From Rhizobacter sp. (GTDB lineage Bacteria; Pseudomonadota; Gammaproteobacteria; Burkholderiales; Burkholderiaceae_C): a stretch of DNA of 24,000 nt. Under the pieces are notes generated by a model. That model saw nothing but the letters and a program-made list of their open reading frames with translations, had not been told where the DNA came from and did not search any database. Position numbers and translations under genes: made by a program. Shown piece by piece: positions 15,009 through 24,000 of the stretch. The first letter of the stretch is position 1; every line of letters starts with the position of its first letter. Location: assembly GCA_025361845.1 (NCBI GenBank), contig JANYJL010000137.1, positions 1-24,000 of the forward strand, in the 5' to 3' direction.

Positions 15009-15301
15009 GCGGTGAACACCTCGACATGGCGCGTGCCGTGGATGAACGGCGCCAGACATGCGGCACGAGATTCGATCTCGGCTTGCAGTTCGACGCTGAT
15101 GCCTTGCGGGTCTTGCATGAGGTCGGTCGAGTAGATTTCCATCCAGGTCTGCAGGCGGTCTTGCACGTCCGGTCGATACAACATGCGCGCTCGCACTTGC
15201 GGCCGCGCTGCGATCAGTTGGGCCTGCATTTCACGCACCGCCACGAGGGCAGTGGGGACATGCGCAAGCTCGACGCGATAGTAGATGAACAGCTCGCGCA
15301 C
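14996..15301 (-). CDS. DUF4936-family small protein (101 aa)
   Basis: The translation MRELFIYYRVELAHVPTALVAVREMQAQL...RMLYRPDVQDRLQTWMEIY has a pattern typical of DUF4936 as I recall it. It overlaps the NRDE gene start by 13 nt. Confidence 0.65.
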   Translation of the reverse strand: MRELFIYYRVELAHVPTALVAVREMQAQLIAARPQVRARMLYRPDVQDRLQTWMEIYSTDLMQDPQGISVELQAEIESRAACLAPFIHGTRHVEVFTACVS

Positions 15302-15382
15302 GGGGTGTCCTCGCCTCAGGCAAAACCGATGGCGCTGTGAACTGTTGCCGCGCGCGCCGACTGCGTGGAGCCGCGCGTGGCT

Positions 15383-16321
15383 TCAGGTGCCCAGCGCCGC
15401 TTCGATCGGCACGGAATAAGGCAATTCGGCGCGCCGCAGCAGCGGCCCGTCGGGCGCACCGAGGTGCAAGCTGCCTTCGTTCAGCGCGGCCAGTTTCACT
15501 TCCACCAGGGCGCTGCTGCCCGCTGCCGAATCGGGGCGCGGTGCGGCATTCGCCACCAAGCCGGCGGGCTGGATCGCATCGCCACTGTGGAAGACCTCTT
15601 GCCCGGAACTGGCGAGCACATCGACATCGAACAGGAACATGCGGCGCTTCAGCGTGCCGCGGTACTGGCTGCGCGCCACGATCTCCTGGCCGGGGTAGCA
15701 GCCCTTCTGGAAATCGACACCGCCGACGAGTTCGAGGTTCAACATCTGCGGCACGAATTGTTCGACGGTCGAAGCTTCTATCGTCGCCACGCCGCTTTGC
15801 ACTTCGAGCCAGCGCCAAGCGTCGAGGCTCAAGGCCGGTGCTGGCAATGCAGGGCTGTCGATGGCGTCGACGAGCAGGCAGCGCGCTACGCCGGCCGCAT
15901 CGGGCAAGCGGATCACGCGGGCATCGCCGTGCGCTTGCTGCGTCCACACCGCCGCGTCGCCGAGAACGCCGATGGCGCTGGCACCCACACATCCGCCGAG
16001 CCGGAACTCGGCCGTCGCATCGCTGAGCTTGCATTGCGCGCGCATCACGAACATCGACAGGCGCTTCAGGGTAGCCGGCAACACGCTGGCGGCGCAGGCC
16101 AGCAGCACATCGTCGTGCGCCAGCTTCCACGCGATAAAGCTCGCCTGCAAACGCCCCTTGGCCGAGCAGAAACCGGCCAGCCGCACTTGCGACAGGCCCA
16201 GCATCGCGAAGTCCGTGGTGAGCTGGCTGTGCAGGAATTTGCCGGCGTCGGCGCCGCGTGCGCGGATCAGGCCGAGGTGGGCGAGCGGCACCGAGCCGTC
16301 GAGCGGGGTAGGGGCGTTCAT
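15383..16321 (-). CDS. ygfZ: Folate-binding YgfZ-family protein (GcvT-like fold)
   Basis: The translation includes LIRARGADAGKFLHSQLTTD...FCSAKGRL...VDFQKGCYPGQEIVARSQYRGTLKRRMF. The C-terminal K.GCY.GQE motif is diagnostic of YgfZ. Confidence 0.85.
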   Translation of the reverse strand: MNAPTPLDGSVPLAHLGLIRARGADAGKFLHSQLTTDFAMLGLSQVRLAGFCSAKGRLQASFIAWKLAHDDVLLACAASVLPATLKRLSMFVMRAQCKLSDATAEFRLGGCVGASAIGVLGDAAVWTQQAHGDARVIRLPDAAGVARCLLVDAIDSPALPAPALSLDAWRWLEVQSGVATIEASTVEQFVPQMLNLELVGGVDFQKGCYPGQEIVARSQYRGTLKRRMFLFDVDVLASSGQEVFHSGDAIQPAGLVANAAPRPDSAAGSSALVEVKLAALNEGSLHLGAPDGPLLRRAELPYSVPIEAALGT

Positions 16322-16389
16322 GCCCCATTATCATCAGCGCCCTTCGTTCCTTGCAGCCGGATGCTCCCGAACCCCTGTCTGCCGCACTG

Positions 16390-17388
16390 ATGAAACTCTG
16401 GCGCCTCCTGTTCCTCGCCCTGGCCCTCGCGGTGGCCGGCGGAGTCGCGGGCGCGGCGTGGTGGTTGAACCAGCCGATACTGCTGAATGCGGACACGGTG
16501 GAACTCTCGGTCGAGCCGGGCACCGCGCCGCGCGAGATCGCCAATGCGTGGGTGCAGGCCGGTGTGCAGGCCTCGCCGACCTTGCTGTACGAATGGTTCC
16601 GCTGGTCCGGGCAGGCGCGCAAGATCCGCGCAGGCAGTTATGAAATCTCGCGCGGCACGACGCCGATGTCCCTGCTCAACAAGATGGTGCGCGGTGACGA
16701 AAGCCTGGCCACGGTGAAGCTGCTCGAAGGCTGGACCTTCAAGCAGTTTCGCGCCGAACTGGCCAAGGCCGAGGCATTGAAGCCAACCACCGCGGCACTG
16801 AATGATGCCGAGCTGATGGCCGCGCTCGGCGCACCCGGCATCGCACCCGAAGGCCGCTTCTACCCGGACACCTATGCCTACAGCAAGGGCAGCAACGACA
16901 TCGCCGTGTTGAAGCGCGCCCTGCACGCGATGCAGAAGCGGCTCGACGACGCCTGGGCACAGCGCGCTGCCGACACCCCCTTGAAAACGGCGGACGACGC
17001 GCTCGCGCTGGCCTCGATCGTCGAGAAGGAAACCGGCGCGGCGGCCGACCGTGGGCGCGTGGCGGCCGTGTTTGCAAACCGGTTGCGCATCGGCATGCCC
17101 TTGCAGACCGACCCTACGGTCATTTACGGCCTGGGCGATGCCTTCGACGGCAACCTGCGCAAACGTGACCTGCAGGCTGACACGCCCTTCAACACCTACA
17201 CCCGCGGCGGCCTGCCGCCGACGCCGATCGCGATGCCGGGCAAGGCTTCGCTGTGGGCCGCGGTGCGGCCTGATCCGAGCACGGCGCTGTACTTCGTGGC
17301 GCGGGGCGACGGTAGCAGCGAGTTCAGCGCGACCCTCGCCGAGCATAATCGTGCGGTCAACAAATTCCAGCGTGGCAAGACACGCTGA
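16390..17388 (+). CDS. mltG: Endolytic murein transglycosylase MltG (YceG family)
   Basis: An N-terminal TM segment ([21 protein letters not shown]) is followed by YceG motifs (ASIVEKETG...[16 protein letters not shown]...YNTY...[11 protein letters not shown]). The synteny with tmk-holB fits. Confidence 0.9.
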   Translation: MKLWRLLFLALALAVAGGVAGAAWWLNQPILLNADTVELSVEPGTAPREIANAWVQAGVQASPTLLYEWFRWSGQARKIRAGSYEISRGTTPMSLLNKMVRGDESLATVKLLEGWTFKQFRAELAKAEALKPTTAALNDAELMAALGAPGIAPEGRFYPDTYAYSKGSNDIAVLKRALHAMQKRLDDAWAQRAADTPLKTADDALALASIVEKETGAAADRGRVAAVFANRLRIGMPLQTDPTVIYGLGDAFDGNLRKRDLQADTPFNTYTRGGLPPTPIAMPGKASLWAAVRPDPSTALYFVARGDGSSEFSATLAEHNRAVNKFQRGKTR

Positions 17389-17407
17389 GGAACCCGGAAA
17401 ACAGCGC

Positions 17408-18019
17408 GTGGGCGGTCGATTCATCACGTTCGAAGGCATCGACGGCGCCGGCAAATCCACGCACATCGAGGCCCTGGCCCAGCACCTGCGGCAACGCGGC
17501 GAGCGCGTCGTGTGCACGCGCGAGCCCGGTGGCACGCCACTCGCCGAACGTCTGCGCGAATTGGTGCTGCACGCGCCGATGGACCCGCTCACCGAAGCCC
17601 TGCTCGTGTTCGCGGCGCGGCGCGACCACCTTCAGCACCAGATCGAACCCGCCCTGGCGCGTGGCGACACGGTGCTGTGCGATCGCTTCACCGACGCGAC
17701 CTTCGCCTACCAGGGCGGTGGGCGCGGCTTCGACCTCGCGGTGCTCGCGCAGCTCGAACGCTGGGTGCAGGGCGAGCGCCAGCCCGATCTGAGCTTGTGG
17801 TTCGATATCGACCCCGACATCGCCGCGCAGCGCCGCGCCGCCGCTCGCCCGGCAGACCGCTTCGAGCAACAGGACAGCGCGTTCTTCGCGCGGGTGCGCG
17901 CTGGCTACGCCCTGCGCCAGCAGGCCGCGCCGCGGCGTGTGGTTCGCATCGACGCCAGCGGCGAGCGTGATGAAGTCTGGCGCCGCATTCTCGACGTGAT
18001 GGACGCCCGCGCGTGGTGA
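17408..18019 (+). CDS. tmk: Thymidylate kinase
   Basis: The GTG start gives [23 protein letters not shown]...[13 protein letters not shown]... with the P-loop and a typical length of about 203 aa. The long upstream extension in the track overlaps mltG and is rejected. Confidence 0.9.
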   Translation: MGGRFITFEGIDGAGKSTHIEALAQHLRQRGERVVCTREPGGTPLAERLRELVLHAPMDPLTEALLVFAARRDHLQHQIEPALARGDTVLCDRFTDATFAYQGGGRGFDLAVLAQLERWVQGERQPDLSLWFDIDPDIAAQRRAAARPADRFEQQDSAFFARVRAGYALRQQAAPRRVVRIDASGERDEVWRRILDVMDARAW

Positions 18020-19101
18020 GCGACGATCCCGGGTTGCCGCTGCCCTGGCTCGCCGAGCCGTTGCGCCAGGCGCTGCAAACCCGCCGCGCGCACGCCTTGC
18101 TGCTCTACGGGCCGAAGGGTGTGGGGCAGTTCGAGCTGGCCACGGCCCTGGCACAAGCCTGGTTGTGCGAGCTGAACGGTCCGAACGCATCCGCGGCCCA
18201 ACCCTACGCCTGCGGCCACTGTGCGAGTTGCCGGCTCGTGCTGGCCCGCTCGCACCCGGACCTGCTGGTGCTGCTGCCCGAGGCCCTGCGCGAATCACTC
18301 GGCTGGGCCGGGGGTGAGGGCGAGGAGGGCGCGAGCGACAAGGCATCGAAGGCCAAACCCAGCAAGGACATCAAGGTCGAAGCGGTGCGCGCGGCCGTGA
18401 GTTTTGCCCAGACGACATCCGCGCGCGGGCGCGGCAAGGTGGTGGTGGTGCACCCGGCCGAGCGCATGAACGCGATCGCCGCCAACACCTTGCTCAAGAC
18501 CTTGGAAGAACCCCCCGGCGATTCACGCTTCGTGCTGAGCTGCGCCGCACCCGAGGTCTTGCTGCCGACCATCCGCAGCCGCTGCCAGGCCTTGCCGCTC
18601 GGCTTGCCGCCCACAGCAGAGGCTTCCGCCTGGCTCGCTGCACGCTCGATCGTTCGGCCCGAAGTGCTGCTCGCTGCGGCCGGCGGCCAGCCGTTGGAAG
18701 CATTGGAGTGGGCGGCCGATGGCATCGATGCCACGCTCTGGCTGCGCGTGCCGGGCTGGGTCGCGAATGGCGAGGCCGCGCCATTCGCCGCATGGCCGCT
18801 GCCGCGCCTCGTCGATGCCTTGCAGAAGCTTTGCCACGATGCGCTGTGCCGCGTCGCGGGTGCGGCGCCGCGCTACTTTCCAGAGTCCGCACTGCCCGCC
18901 AAGGGCGGCAGCTTCGCTTCGCTGACCAGTTGGTCGCAGGCCCTGGCACGCAATGCCCGCCATGCCGAACACCCGTGGAATGCGCCGCTCACGGTCGAGG
19001 CCCTGGTCCAGCAAGGCCGCGCTGCGCTGCAAGACAACGTCAAGGACCGCACAGTCGCGGGCGTGGTGAAGCAAGGCCTTTCGGTACACTTCCGCGCATG
19101 A
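18013..19101 (+). CDS. holB: DNA polymerase III subunit delta prime
   Basis: The translation includes [27 protein letters not shown]...[18 protein letters not shown]...[12 protein letters not shown]...TIRSRCQ. The start overlaps the tmk stop. Confidence 0.85.
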   Translation: MVSDDPGLPLPWLAEPLRQALQTRRAHALLLYGPKGVGQFELATALAQAWLCELNGPNASAAQPYACGHCASCRLVLARSHPDLLVLLPEALRESLGWAGGEGEEGASDKASKAKPSKDIKVEAVRAAVSFAQTTSARGRGKVVVVHPAERMNAIAANTLLKTLEEPPGDSRFVLSCAAPEVLLPTIRSRCQALPLGLPPTAEASAWLAARSIVRPEVLLAAAGGQPLEALEWAADGIDATLWLRVPGWVANGEAAPFAAWPLPRLVDALQKLCHDALCRVAGAAPRYFPESALPAKGGSFASLTSWSQALARNARHAEHPWNAPLTVEALVQQGRAALQDNVKDRTVAGVVKQGLSVHFRA

Positions 19102-19493
19102 GCGAACCCAGCGGCCGCGGCAATCTCACCCTCACGCCAGGGCCAGTGGCAGCGTCACGCCCGAGCGTGATCCAGCTCGTGTTCCGCGAGAAGGGCGCGC
19201 TCTACGCCGCCTACATGCCGGTGTTCTCCGATGGCGGACTGTTCGTCCCAACGACTCGCGAATACAAGCTCGGCGAAGACATCTACCTGTTGCTGTCGCT
19301 GCCCGACGATCCGCAGCGCTACCCGGTGGCCGGCAAGGTCGGCTGGGTCACGCCGGCGAATGCCTCGGGTGGCCGCACGCAAGGCGTCGGCGTGCGCTTC
19401 CCCACCGACGACAAGACCCGCGTGCTCAAGCTCAAGATCGAGGAAATCCTCGGCACCTCGATCTCGTCAGCCAAGCCGACCCAGACGATCTGA
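19098..19493 (+). CDS. pilZ: PilZ-domain protein of the type IV pilus assembly PilZ (PA2960-like) type
   Basis: The ATG overlaps the holB stop (ATGA). The translation SVIQLVFREKGALYAAYMPVFSDGGLFVPT...GKVGWVTPANA...GVGVRF fits. The holB-pilZ-ycfH order is as in Pseudomonas. I found no N-terminal RxxxR motif. Confidence 0.8.
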   Translation: MSEPSGRGNLTLTPGPVAASRPSVIQLVFREKGALYAAYMPVFSDGGLFVPTTREYKLGEDIYLLLSLPDDPQRYPVAGKVGWVTPANASGGRTQGVGVRFPTDDKTRVLKLKIEEILGTSISSAKPTQTI

Positions 19494-19533
19494 GGGCGCC
19501 GCTGCGCGCTCGTTTCAACAGCGATCCTCCCGC

Positions 19534-20337
19534 GTGTTCGTCGATTCCCATTGCCATCTGGCCTTCCCCGAGCTGAGTGCGCGCATCGACGAGATCCGCG
19601 CGGCGATGGCCGCCGCCCAGGTCGACCGCGCCCTGTGCATCTGCACCACGCTCGAAGAGTTCGAATCGGTCCACGCCCTTGCGACGCGCTTCGACAACTT
19701 CTGGGCGACCGCCGGCGTGCACCCCGACAACGAAGGTGTGCGCGAGCCCTCGCTCGACGATCTGCTGGCCCTGGCGGCCTTGCCCCGTGTGCTGGCCATT
19801 GGCGAAACCGGCCTCGACTATTACCGCCTGAACGGCCGCAGCGTGGCCGACATGGCATGGCAGCGCGAGCGCTTTCGCGTGCACATCCGCGCCGCCCTCG
19901 CGACGGCGTTGCCGCTCGTGGTGCACACCCGCAGCGCCTCGGCCGACACGCTGGCGATCCTGAAGGACGAGGGCGCAGAAGCGCCCGGCGGCGTCTTTCA
20001 CTGCTTCACCGAAACCGATGCGGTGGCGCGTGCCGCGCTCGACCTCGGCTTCTACATTTCCTTCTCCGGCATCCTGACCTTCAAGACCGCGGCCGACCTG
20101 CGCGAGGTGGCGCGTTTTGTGCCGCTCGACCGCTGCCTGATCGAGACCGACAGCCCGTATCTCGCTCCGGTGCCCTACCGCGGCAAGGTCAATTCACCAG
20201 CCTACGTGCCCTTCGTCGCGCGCCAGATCGCCGAGCTGAAAGGCCTGTCGGTCGAAACCGTGGCACAGGCCACAACGGCGAACTTCGAGCGCCTGTTCAA
20301 GCCGGTGGCTGCGCAGTCGGTCACGAACGGCAGCTGA
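19534..20337 (+). CDS. ycfH: TatD-family hydrolase, housekeeping YcfH-type
   Basis: The GTG start gives MFVDSHCHLAF...AGVHP...AIGETGLDYYR...LVVHTRSA...GVFHCFTE...ETDSPYLAPVPYRGK.NSPAYV. It follows holB-pilZ as ycfH does in other proteobacteria. Confidence 0.9.
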   Translation: MFVDSHCHLAFPELSARIDEIRAAMAAAQVDRALCICTTLEEFESVHALATRFDNFWATAGVHPDNEGVREPSLDDLLALAALPRVLAIGETGLDYYRLNGRSVADMAWQRERFRVHIRAALATALPLVVHTRSASADTLAILKDEGAEAPGGVFHCFTETDAVARAALDLGFYISFSGILTFKTAADLREVARFVPLDRCLIETDSPYLAPVPYRGKVNSPAYVPFVARQIAELKGLSVETVAQATTANFERLFKPVAAQSVTNGS

Positions 20338-20456
20338 AAAGCGCGGGTCTTGTCAGGCAACTTCCGACACCCATCCTGTCGCCGCGCCGACTAGGCGCTG
20401 GACAGGCTCGGCCCTAAAGTGAACTTCATCGACATCCGTCGTACAGGAGCTTCCTC

Positions 20457-20666
20457 ATGGAACATGCCCAACTCGATTCGAACCCCTTCGCCCTCATGCT
20501 GGACCCGGCCGCGGTGTTCCTGGCGATGGAGAAGTCGGACCGTCTGAGCCGCTTGCAAAGCCGCATCTGCCGCCCGCTGGACAAGGTGGTTGGCACACCG
20601 AGTGCTGAAGACGCTGCGCCAGCCGACGACATGATCATCGGCGGCTTCGAGATCGATATCAACTGA
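20457..20666 (+). CDS. Hypothetical small protein (69 aa), no family recognised
   Basis: AGGAG lies 8 nt upstream of the ATG. The ORF fills an otherwise empty 360-bp gap between convergent genes, and its codon and GC usage are similar to its neighbours. Confidence 0.5.
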   Translation: MEHAQLDSNPFALMLDPAAVFLAMEKSDRLSRLQSRICRPLDKVVGTPSAEDAAPADDMIIGGFEIDIN

Positions 20667-20700
20667 AACCACCGGCCCGGCCGGGGTCTGCGCGCTGACG

Positions 20701-21399
20701 TCAGACCACGCGCAAGGACAGTTCGCCCAGACCCTCGACGCCGCCATGCAGTTGCTGGCCGCGTTCCAGTTTGCCGACGCCTTCGGGCGTACCGGTGTAG
20801 ATCAGATCCCCCGGCCGCAGCTCGAAGAAGCCCGACAGGTTGGCGATCACCTCGGGCACCGACCAGATCATCTTGTCGAGCGTGCTGCGCTGCCGCGTCA
20901 CGCCATCCACATCCAACCAGATCGAGCCCACCGCCGGGTGACCGACTTGCGCCACCGCATGCAAGGGCGCGATCGGCGCCGAGGCATCGAAGGCCTTGCC
21001 CAGTTCCCACGGTCGGCCCTTGTCGCGCGACTTGATCTGCAAATCGCGCCGAGTCATGTCCAGCCCGACGCCGTATCCCCACACATGCCCCAGCGCCGCA
21101 TCGACCGCGATGTCGCGTCCGGCGCGGCCGATCGCCACCACCAGCTCGATCTCGTGCTGGTAGTCCTGCGTCTGGCTCGGGTAGGGCAGGTCGACGGTGG
21201 CACCGCTCGGCACGACAAGGATGCTGCTGGCGGGTTTGCAGAAGAAGAAGGGCGGTTCGCGGTCCGGGTCGCCGCCCATCTCGCGCGCATGCGCCGCGTA
21301 GTTGCGGCCGACGCAGTAGATGCGCCGCACCGGAAATGATTGATCGCTGCCCGCCACGGGCACCGCGACCTGCGGTTCGGGTTCGAAGACAAAGCTCAT
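20701..21399 (-). CDS. Fumarylacetoacetate hydrolase (FAH) family protein
   Basis: The translation includes RIYCVGRNYAAHAREMG......PFFFCKP...HEIELVVAIG...GYGVGLDMTRRDLQ...PGDLIYTGTPEGVG. Confidence 0.9.
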   Translation of the reverse strand: MSFVFEPEPQVAVPVAGSDQSFPVRRIYCVGRNYAAHAREMGGDPDREPPFFFCKPASSILVVPSGATVDLPYPSQTQDYQHEIELVVAIGRAGRDIAVDAALGHVWGYGVGLDMTRRDLQIKSRDKGRPWELGKAFDASAPIAPLHAVAQVGHPAVGSIWLDVDGVTRQRSTLDKMIWSVPEVIANLSGFFELRPGDLIYTGTPEGVGKLERGQQLHGGVEGLGELSLRVV

Positions 21400-22025
21400 G
21401 CGGGCTCCATGGGAATCTCGCGGCTGAACAGGGCGATGGCGTTGTCGGCCACCTTGCGGGTGTCGTAGTAGGCGTAGCCGGCCACCCCCGCCGCGCCCAC
21501 CAGGGGCAGGTAGCGCGCGGCCGCCTTGCCGACGGTGCGCTGGGCGATCTGCAAACCGATCTTGCCGGCGAGCGACTGCAAGAGCATCACCCCGGCGCGC
21601 CGCACGATGAAACGCTCACCGGTGCGCACCACGAGATCGCGAAAGGCCTGTGCGGCTGCGTGCTTGAACAGGCAATAGAGCATCTGCTCCTTGCCCAGGC
21701 TCGCGCTCTGGCCGTAGGCCGCGGCGATGTCGGCGACCAACTTCGATTGAAGCTTCCAGACAACCAGCAAGTCCGGCAACAAGGTCAGCAGGCCGAAGGG
21801 CCCGGGCGCAAGAGCCGCCCCACCCGAGACACCGGCGGCCGACTTCGCCGCACTGCGCGCCAGGGCCTGCGCCCGGGCATGGGGCGTGGCGCTCAGCGGT
21901 TCATTGCTGGCGGGCACCTTGCCGGCCAGGTCGAGGATCGCTTCTTCAATGCGGCCGGCCAGACCCGTCGGGCCAAGCACCGTGGTGACCGCGGTCGTGG
22001 CGATGTCGTGGGATTCATCTGTCAT
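21396..22025 (-). CDS. EcsC-family-like protein (209 aa)
   Basis: The start MTDESHD is preceded by AGGAGG. The segment GPFGLLTLLPDLLVVWKLQSKLVADIAAAYGQS resembles the EcsC (PF12787) core as I remember it. The stop overlaps the FAH start (ATGA). The 30-codon upstream extension is rejected. Confidence 0.6.
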   Translation of the reverse strand: MTDESHDIATTAVTTVLGPTGLAGRIEEAILDLAGKVPASNEPLSATPHARAQALARSAAKSAAGVSGGAALAPGPFGLLTLLPDLLVVWKLQSKLVADIAAAYGQSASLGKEQMLYCLFKHAAAQAFRDLVVRTGERFIVRRAGVMLLQSLAGKIGLQIAQRTVGKAAARYLPLVGAAGVAGYAYYDTRKVADNAIALFSREIPMEPA

Positions 22026-22187
22026 GGGCGCCTCCTGCGTGCATGGTAGCGGCGCACGCAAGGCCCGCCTTTCGTGTGGAAGAACGCACTTCCGCGCGGC
22101 GGGCATCGAAGCCACGGCACGAACACTGCTAAGACTCTGTGAACATTGTTGAAACCGAAACCACGCCTCGCGTGTTGATCAACCGAC

Positions 22188-23036
22188 ATGTGCCAACTGT
22201 TCGCCCTGAGCTGCAATGTGCCGAGCGCCGTGACCTTCTCGTTCACCGGCCTGTCGGCGCGCGGCGGCCAGACCGGCGAGCATGCTGATGGCTACGGCCT
22301 GGCCTTCCATGACGAGCGGCGCTGCCGCCTCTTCATCGATGAAGGCCGTGCCTGCGACGCCGCCTTGGCCGGCTTCCTGCGCCAGCACCCGATCCGCGCA
22401 CGCACCGTGCTGGCGCACATCCGCAAGGCGACGCAGGGGCCGGTGCAGCTCTCCAATTGCCACCCCTTCCTGCGCGAGTGGCAGGGCCGGCACTGGTCGT
22501 TCTGCCACAACGGCGATCTGAAGGACTTCCACCCGCGTTTGTCCGGCAGCCATCTGCCGATCGGTGAGACCGACAGCGAGCGTGCCTTCTGCTGGATGCT
22601 TCAGGAACTGCGGCGGCGCTTCCGCTCGAGCCGGCCGACGGGCTGGGCACAACTGGCGCCGGTGATCGCCGAACTGGCCGAACGCATCGGCCGCCACGGC
22701 GTCTTCAACTTCCTGCTGTCCGACGGCGAGGCGGTTTATGCGCATGCCTCGACACGCCTCTTCTGGTTGCAGCGCGCGCACCCGTTTCCAACCGCGCACC
22801 TGGTCGATCACGACATCGCGCTCGATCTGAGCGTGGCCAACGGCCCGGACGACCGCATGGTGCTGGTCGCCACCGAGCCACTCACGCGCAACGAGGCGTG
22901 GCGGCCGTTTGCCGAGGGCGAGCTGAAAGTGTTCGTGGCCGGTGAGCTGGTGTGGCAGCACGTGCCTCAGGCCGTCATGAAAGCTGGCGTCGTGCGCGAC
23001 GAGGCGTCACGCACGACGCTTGCAATGTCGGCCTGA
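22188..23036 (+). CDS. Class II (Ntn-type) glutamine amidotransferase, YafJ-like
   Basis: The translation is MCQLFALSCNVPSAVTFSF...HADGYGLAF...AHIRKATQG.....NCHPF......FCHNGDL, with the N-terminal catalytic Cys2. Confidence 0.85.
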   Translation: MCQLFALSCNVPSAVTFSFTGLSARGGQTGEHADGYGLAFHDERRCRLFIDEGRACDAALAGFLRQHPIRARTVLAHIRKATQGPVQLSNCHPFLREWQGRHWSFCHNGDLKDFHPRLSGSHLPIGETDSERAFCWMLQELRRRFRSSRPTGWAQLAPVIAELAERIGRHGVFNFLLSDGEAVYAHASTRLFWLQRAHPFPTAHLVDHDIALDLSVANGPDDRMVLVATEPLTRNEAWRPFAEGELKVFVAGELVWQHVPQAVMKAGVVRDEASRTTLAMSA

Positions 23037-23065
23037 ACAGGCCGCACCGCCGGGATCAGACGTCC

Positions 23066-23983
23066 TCAGCCGCGCCGCGCTTCGCTCGCGCGCACCCGGC
23101 TGCGCTGCCCGTCCACCGCCACCGGCACATCACCCGCCACAGTCACACGCCGCACCACGCGGTGCTGGTCACCGTAATCGTTGATCGCGTAGTGCTGCGT
23201 CGCGCGGTTGTCCCAGAATGCCACATCGCCGGCCGCCCAGTGCCAGCGCACGGTGTTTTCCAGCCGCGTGATGTGGTTCTGGAAGATCGCGAACAGGTGG
23301 TCGCTGTCCTGCGTGTTGTAGCCGATGAAGTTCTTGATGAAGTGGCCCGCCACGAGCGTGCGTTCGCCGGTCTCGGGGTGCACACGCACGAGCGGATGTT
23401 CGGCTTGCAGTAGGCGCGAGGTGAAGACCTCCTGGTACTTCTTCGCGCCATGCGCATCGGGCTCGATGCGGGTGGCGGCGTAGTCGTAGTCGTTGCCGTG
23501 CACGGCCCAGAGCGATTCGGCCAGCGTCTTCAGCGCAGGCGGCAGCTCCTCGTAGGCCGCGGCGGTATTGGCCCAGACCGTGTCGCCACCGCGTTCGGGG
23601 ATCACCACCGCACGCAGCAGCGAGACCTGCGGGTAGTCGATCTCGAAGGTCACATCCGTGTGCCAGGAGTTCGCGCGCCCGCCGTGCGCCGAATCGAGCA
23701 CGAGGATCTGCGTGCCGTCCTTCGAGGGAACGGTCGGGTGCTCGACCAGCTCGCCCCAGTGGCGCGCCAGGCCCTGCTGCGCGGCATCGTCGAGGTGCTG
23801 CTGGCCGCGAAAGAACAAGACCTTGTGCTTCAACAAGGCTTGGCGGATCGCCGCGAAAGTCGGTGCCGCGAGCGTGCCCGACAGGCGCAGGCCGCGCACT
23901 TCGGCGCCGATGCGCCCGGCCAGCGGCACGAGATCGAGTGCTGCCGTGTCGGCTGCGGGAACGGTGTTCAAGACTGCGCTCAT
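23066..23983 (-). CDS. TauD/TfdA-family Fe(II)/2-oxoglutarate-dependent dioxygenase
   Basis: The translation includes ...[37 protein letters not shown]...[24 protein letters not shown]. The HxD...H facial triad context is present, and AGGAAG precedes the ATG. Confidence 0.9.
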   Translation of the reverse strand: MSAVLNTVPAADTAALDLVPLAGRIGAEVRGLRLSGTLAAPTFAAIRQALLKHKVLFFRGQQHLDDAAQQGLARHWGELVEHPTVPSKDGTQILVLDSAHGGRANSWHTDVTFEIDYPQVSLLRAVVIPERGGDTVWANTAAAYEELPPALKTLAESLWAVHGNDYDYAATRIEPDAHGAKKYQEVFTSRLLQAEHPLVRVHPETGERTLVAGHFIKNFIGYNTQDSDHLFAIFQNHITRLENTVRWHWAAGDVAFWDNRATQHYAINDYGDQHRVVRRVTVAGDVPVAVDGQRSRVRASEARRG

Positions 23984-24000
23984 GAAAGCTTCCTTCTGGG

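Noticed and set aside
15231-17592. Long minus-strand ORFs 15231..16622 and 16318..17592, and + strand ORFs 15337..16026 and 15365..16390
   Set aside because: They are alternative or antisense frames over ygfZ and mltG. They are Arg/Pro/Ala-rich with no recognisable domains, whereas the chosen frames carry diagnostic motifs.
20671-20687. GC-rich near-palindrome ACCGGCCCGGCCGGGGT between the convergent 69-aa ORF and the FAH gene as a terminator
   Set aside because: Only about 4 bp can pair with a workable loop, and there is no flanking T-run or A-run.
1-24000. Search for CRISPR arrays, tRNA/rRNA genes, integrase genes or att-like tRNA fragments at the island boundary
   Set aside because: Reading both strands, I saw no regularly spaced direct repeats, no T-loop (GGTTCGAATCC-like) or cloverleaf candidates, and no tyrosine or serine recombinase motifs. 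A proper tRNAscan, Infernal and repeat search would be needed to exclude them formally.

Overview
This is a high-GC proteobacterial chromosome segment. Spot counts of single 60-nt lines give about 62-70% GC in the core; I did not compute a window-wide figure. Gene content and synteny look like Burkholderiales/Comamonadaceae, which is an inference from protein families only. The window has two parts. (1) Positions 1-3050 are a decayed accessory, defence-island-like patch with lower GC (spot counts 48-57%). It holds the left end of an IS3-family (IS51/IS6110-like) element, which is inserted into the 5' part of a QueC-like PP-loop ATPase gene (QatC-like). That gene overlaps by 4 nt an intact TatD-like nuclease gene (QatD-like). 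Next come a roughly 37-codon remnant of an SF1 helicase C-terminus on the opposite strand, the 3' half of an IS256-family transposase gene with an apparently intact right terminus, and about 225 bp of AT-richer non-coding scar. The QueC-like/TatD-like pair is the 3' half of a Qat-type anti-phage operon, a known family whose mechanism is poorly understood. The qatA and qatB genes are not in the window. (2) Positions 3051-24000 are tightly packed core genes: an AtzG/AtzE-like amidase pair plus an unknown 94-aa protein, a multi-TM HisKA_3 kinase with a NarL-type regulator, a quinone oxidoreductase, the classical surE-pcm-nlpD-rpoS cluster followed by a thioesterase-GNAT fusion, a DUF4936/NRDE pair, ygfZ, the mltG-tmk-holB-pilZ-ycfH cluster, a small unknown ORF, an EcsC-like/FAH pair, a class II glutamine amidotransferase and a TauD-family dioxygenase. 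I saw no rRNA, tRNA or CRISPR array. Apart from the Qat-type remnant I found no convincing complete novel system, and the many long antisense ORFs in the track look like high-GC artefacts.
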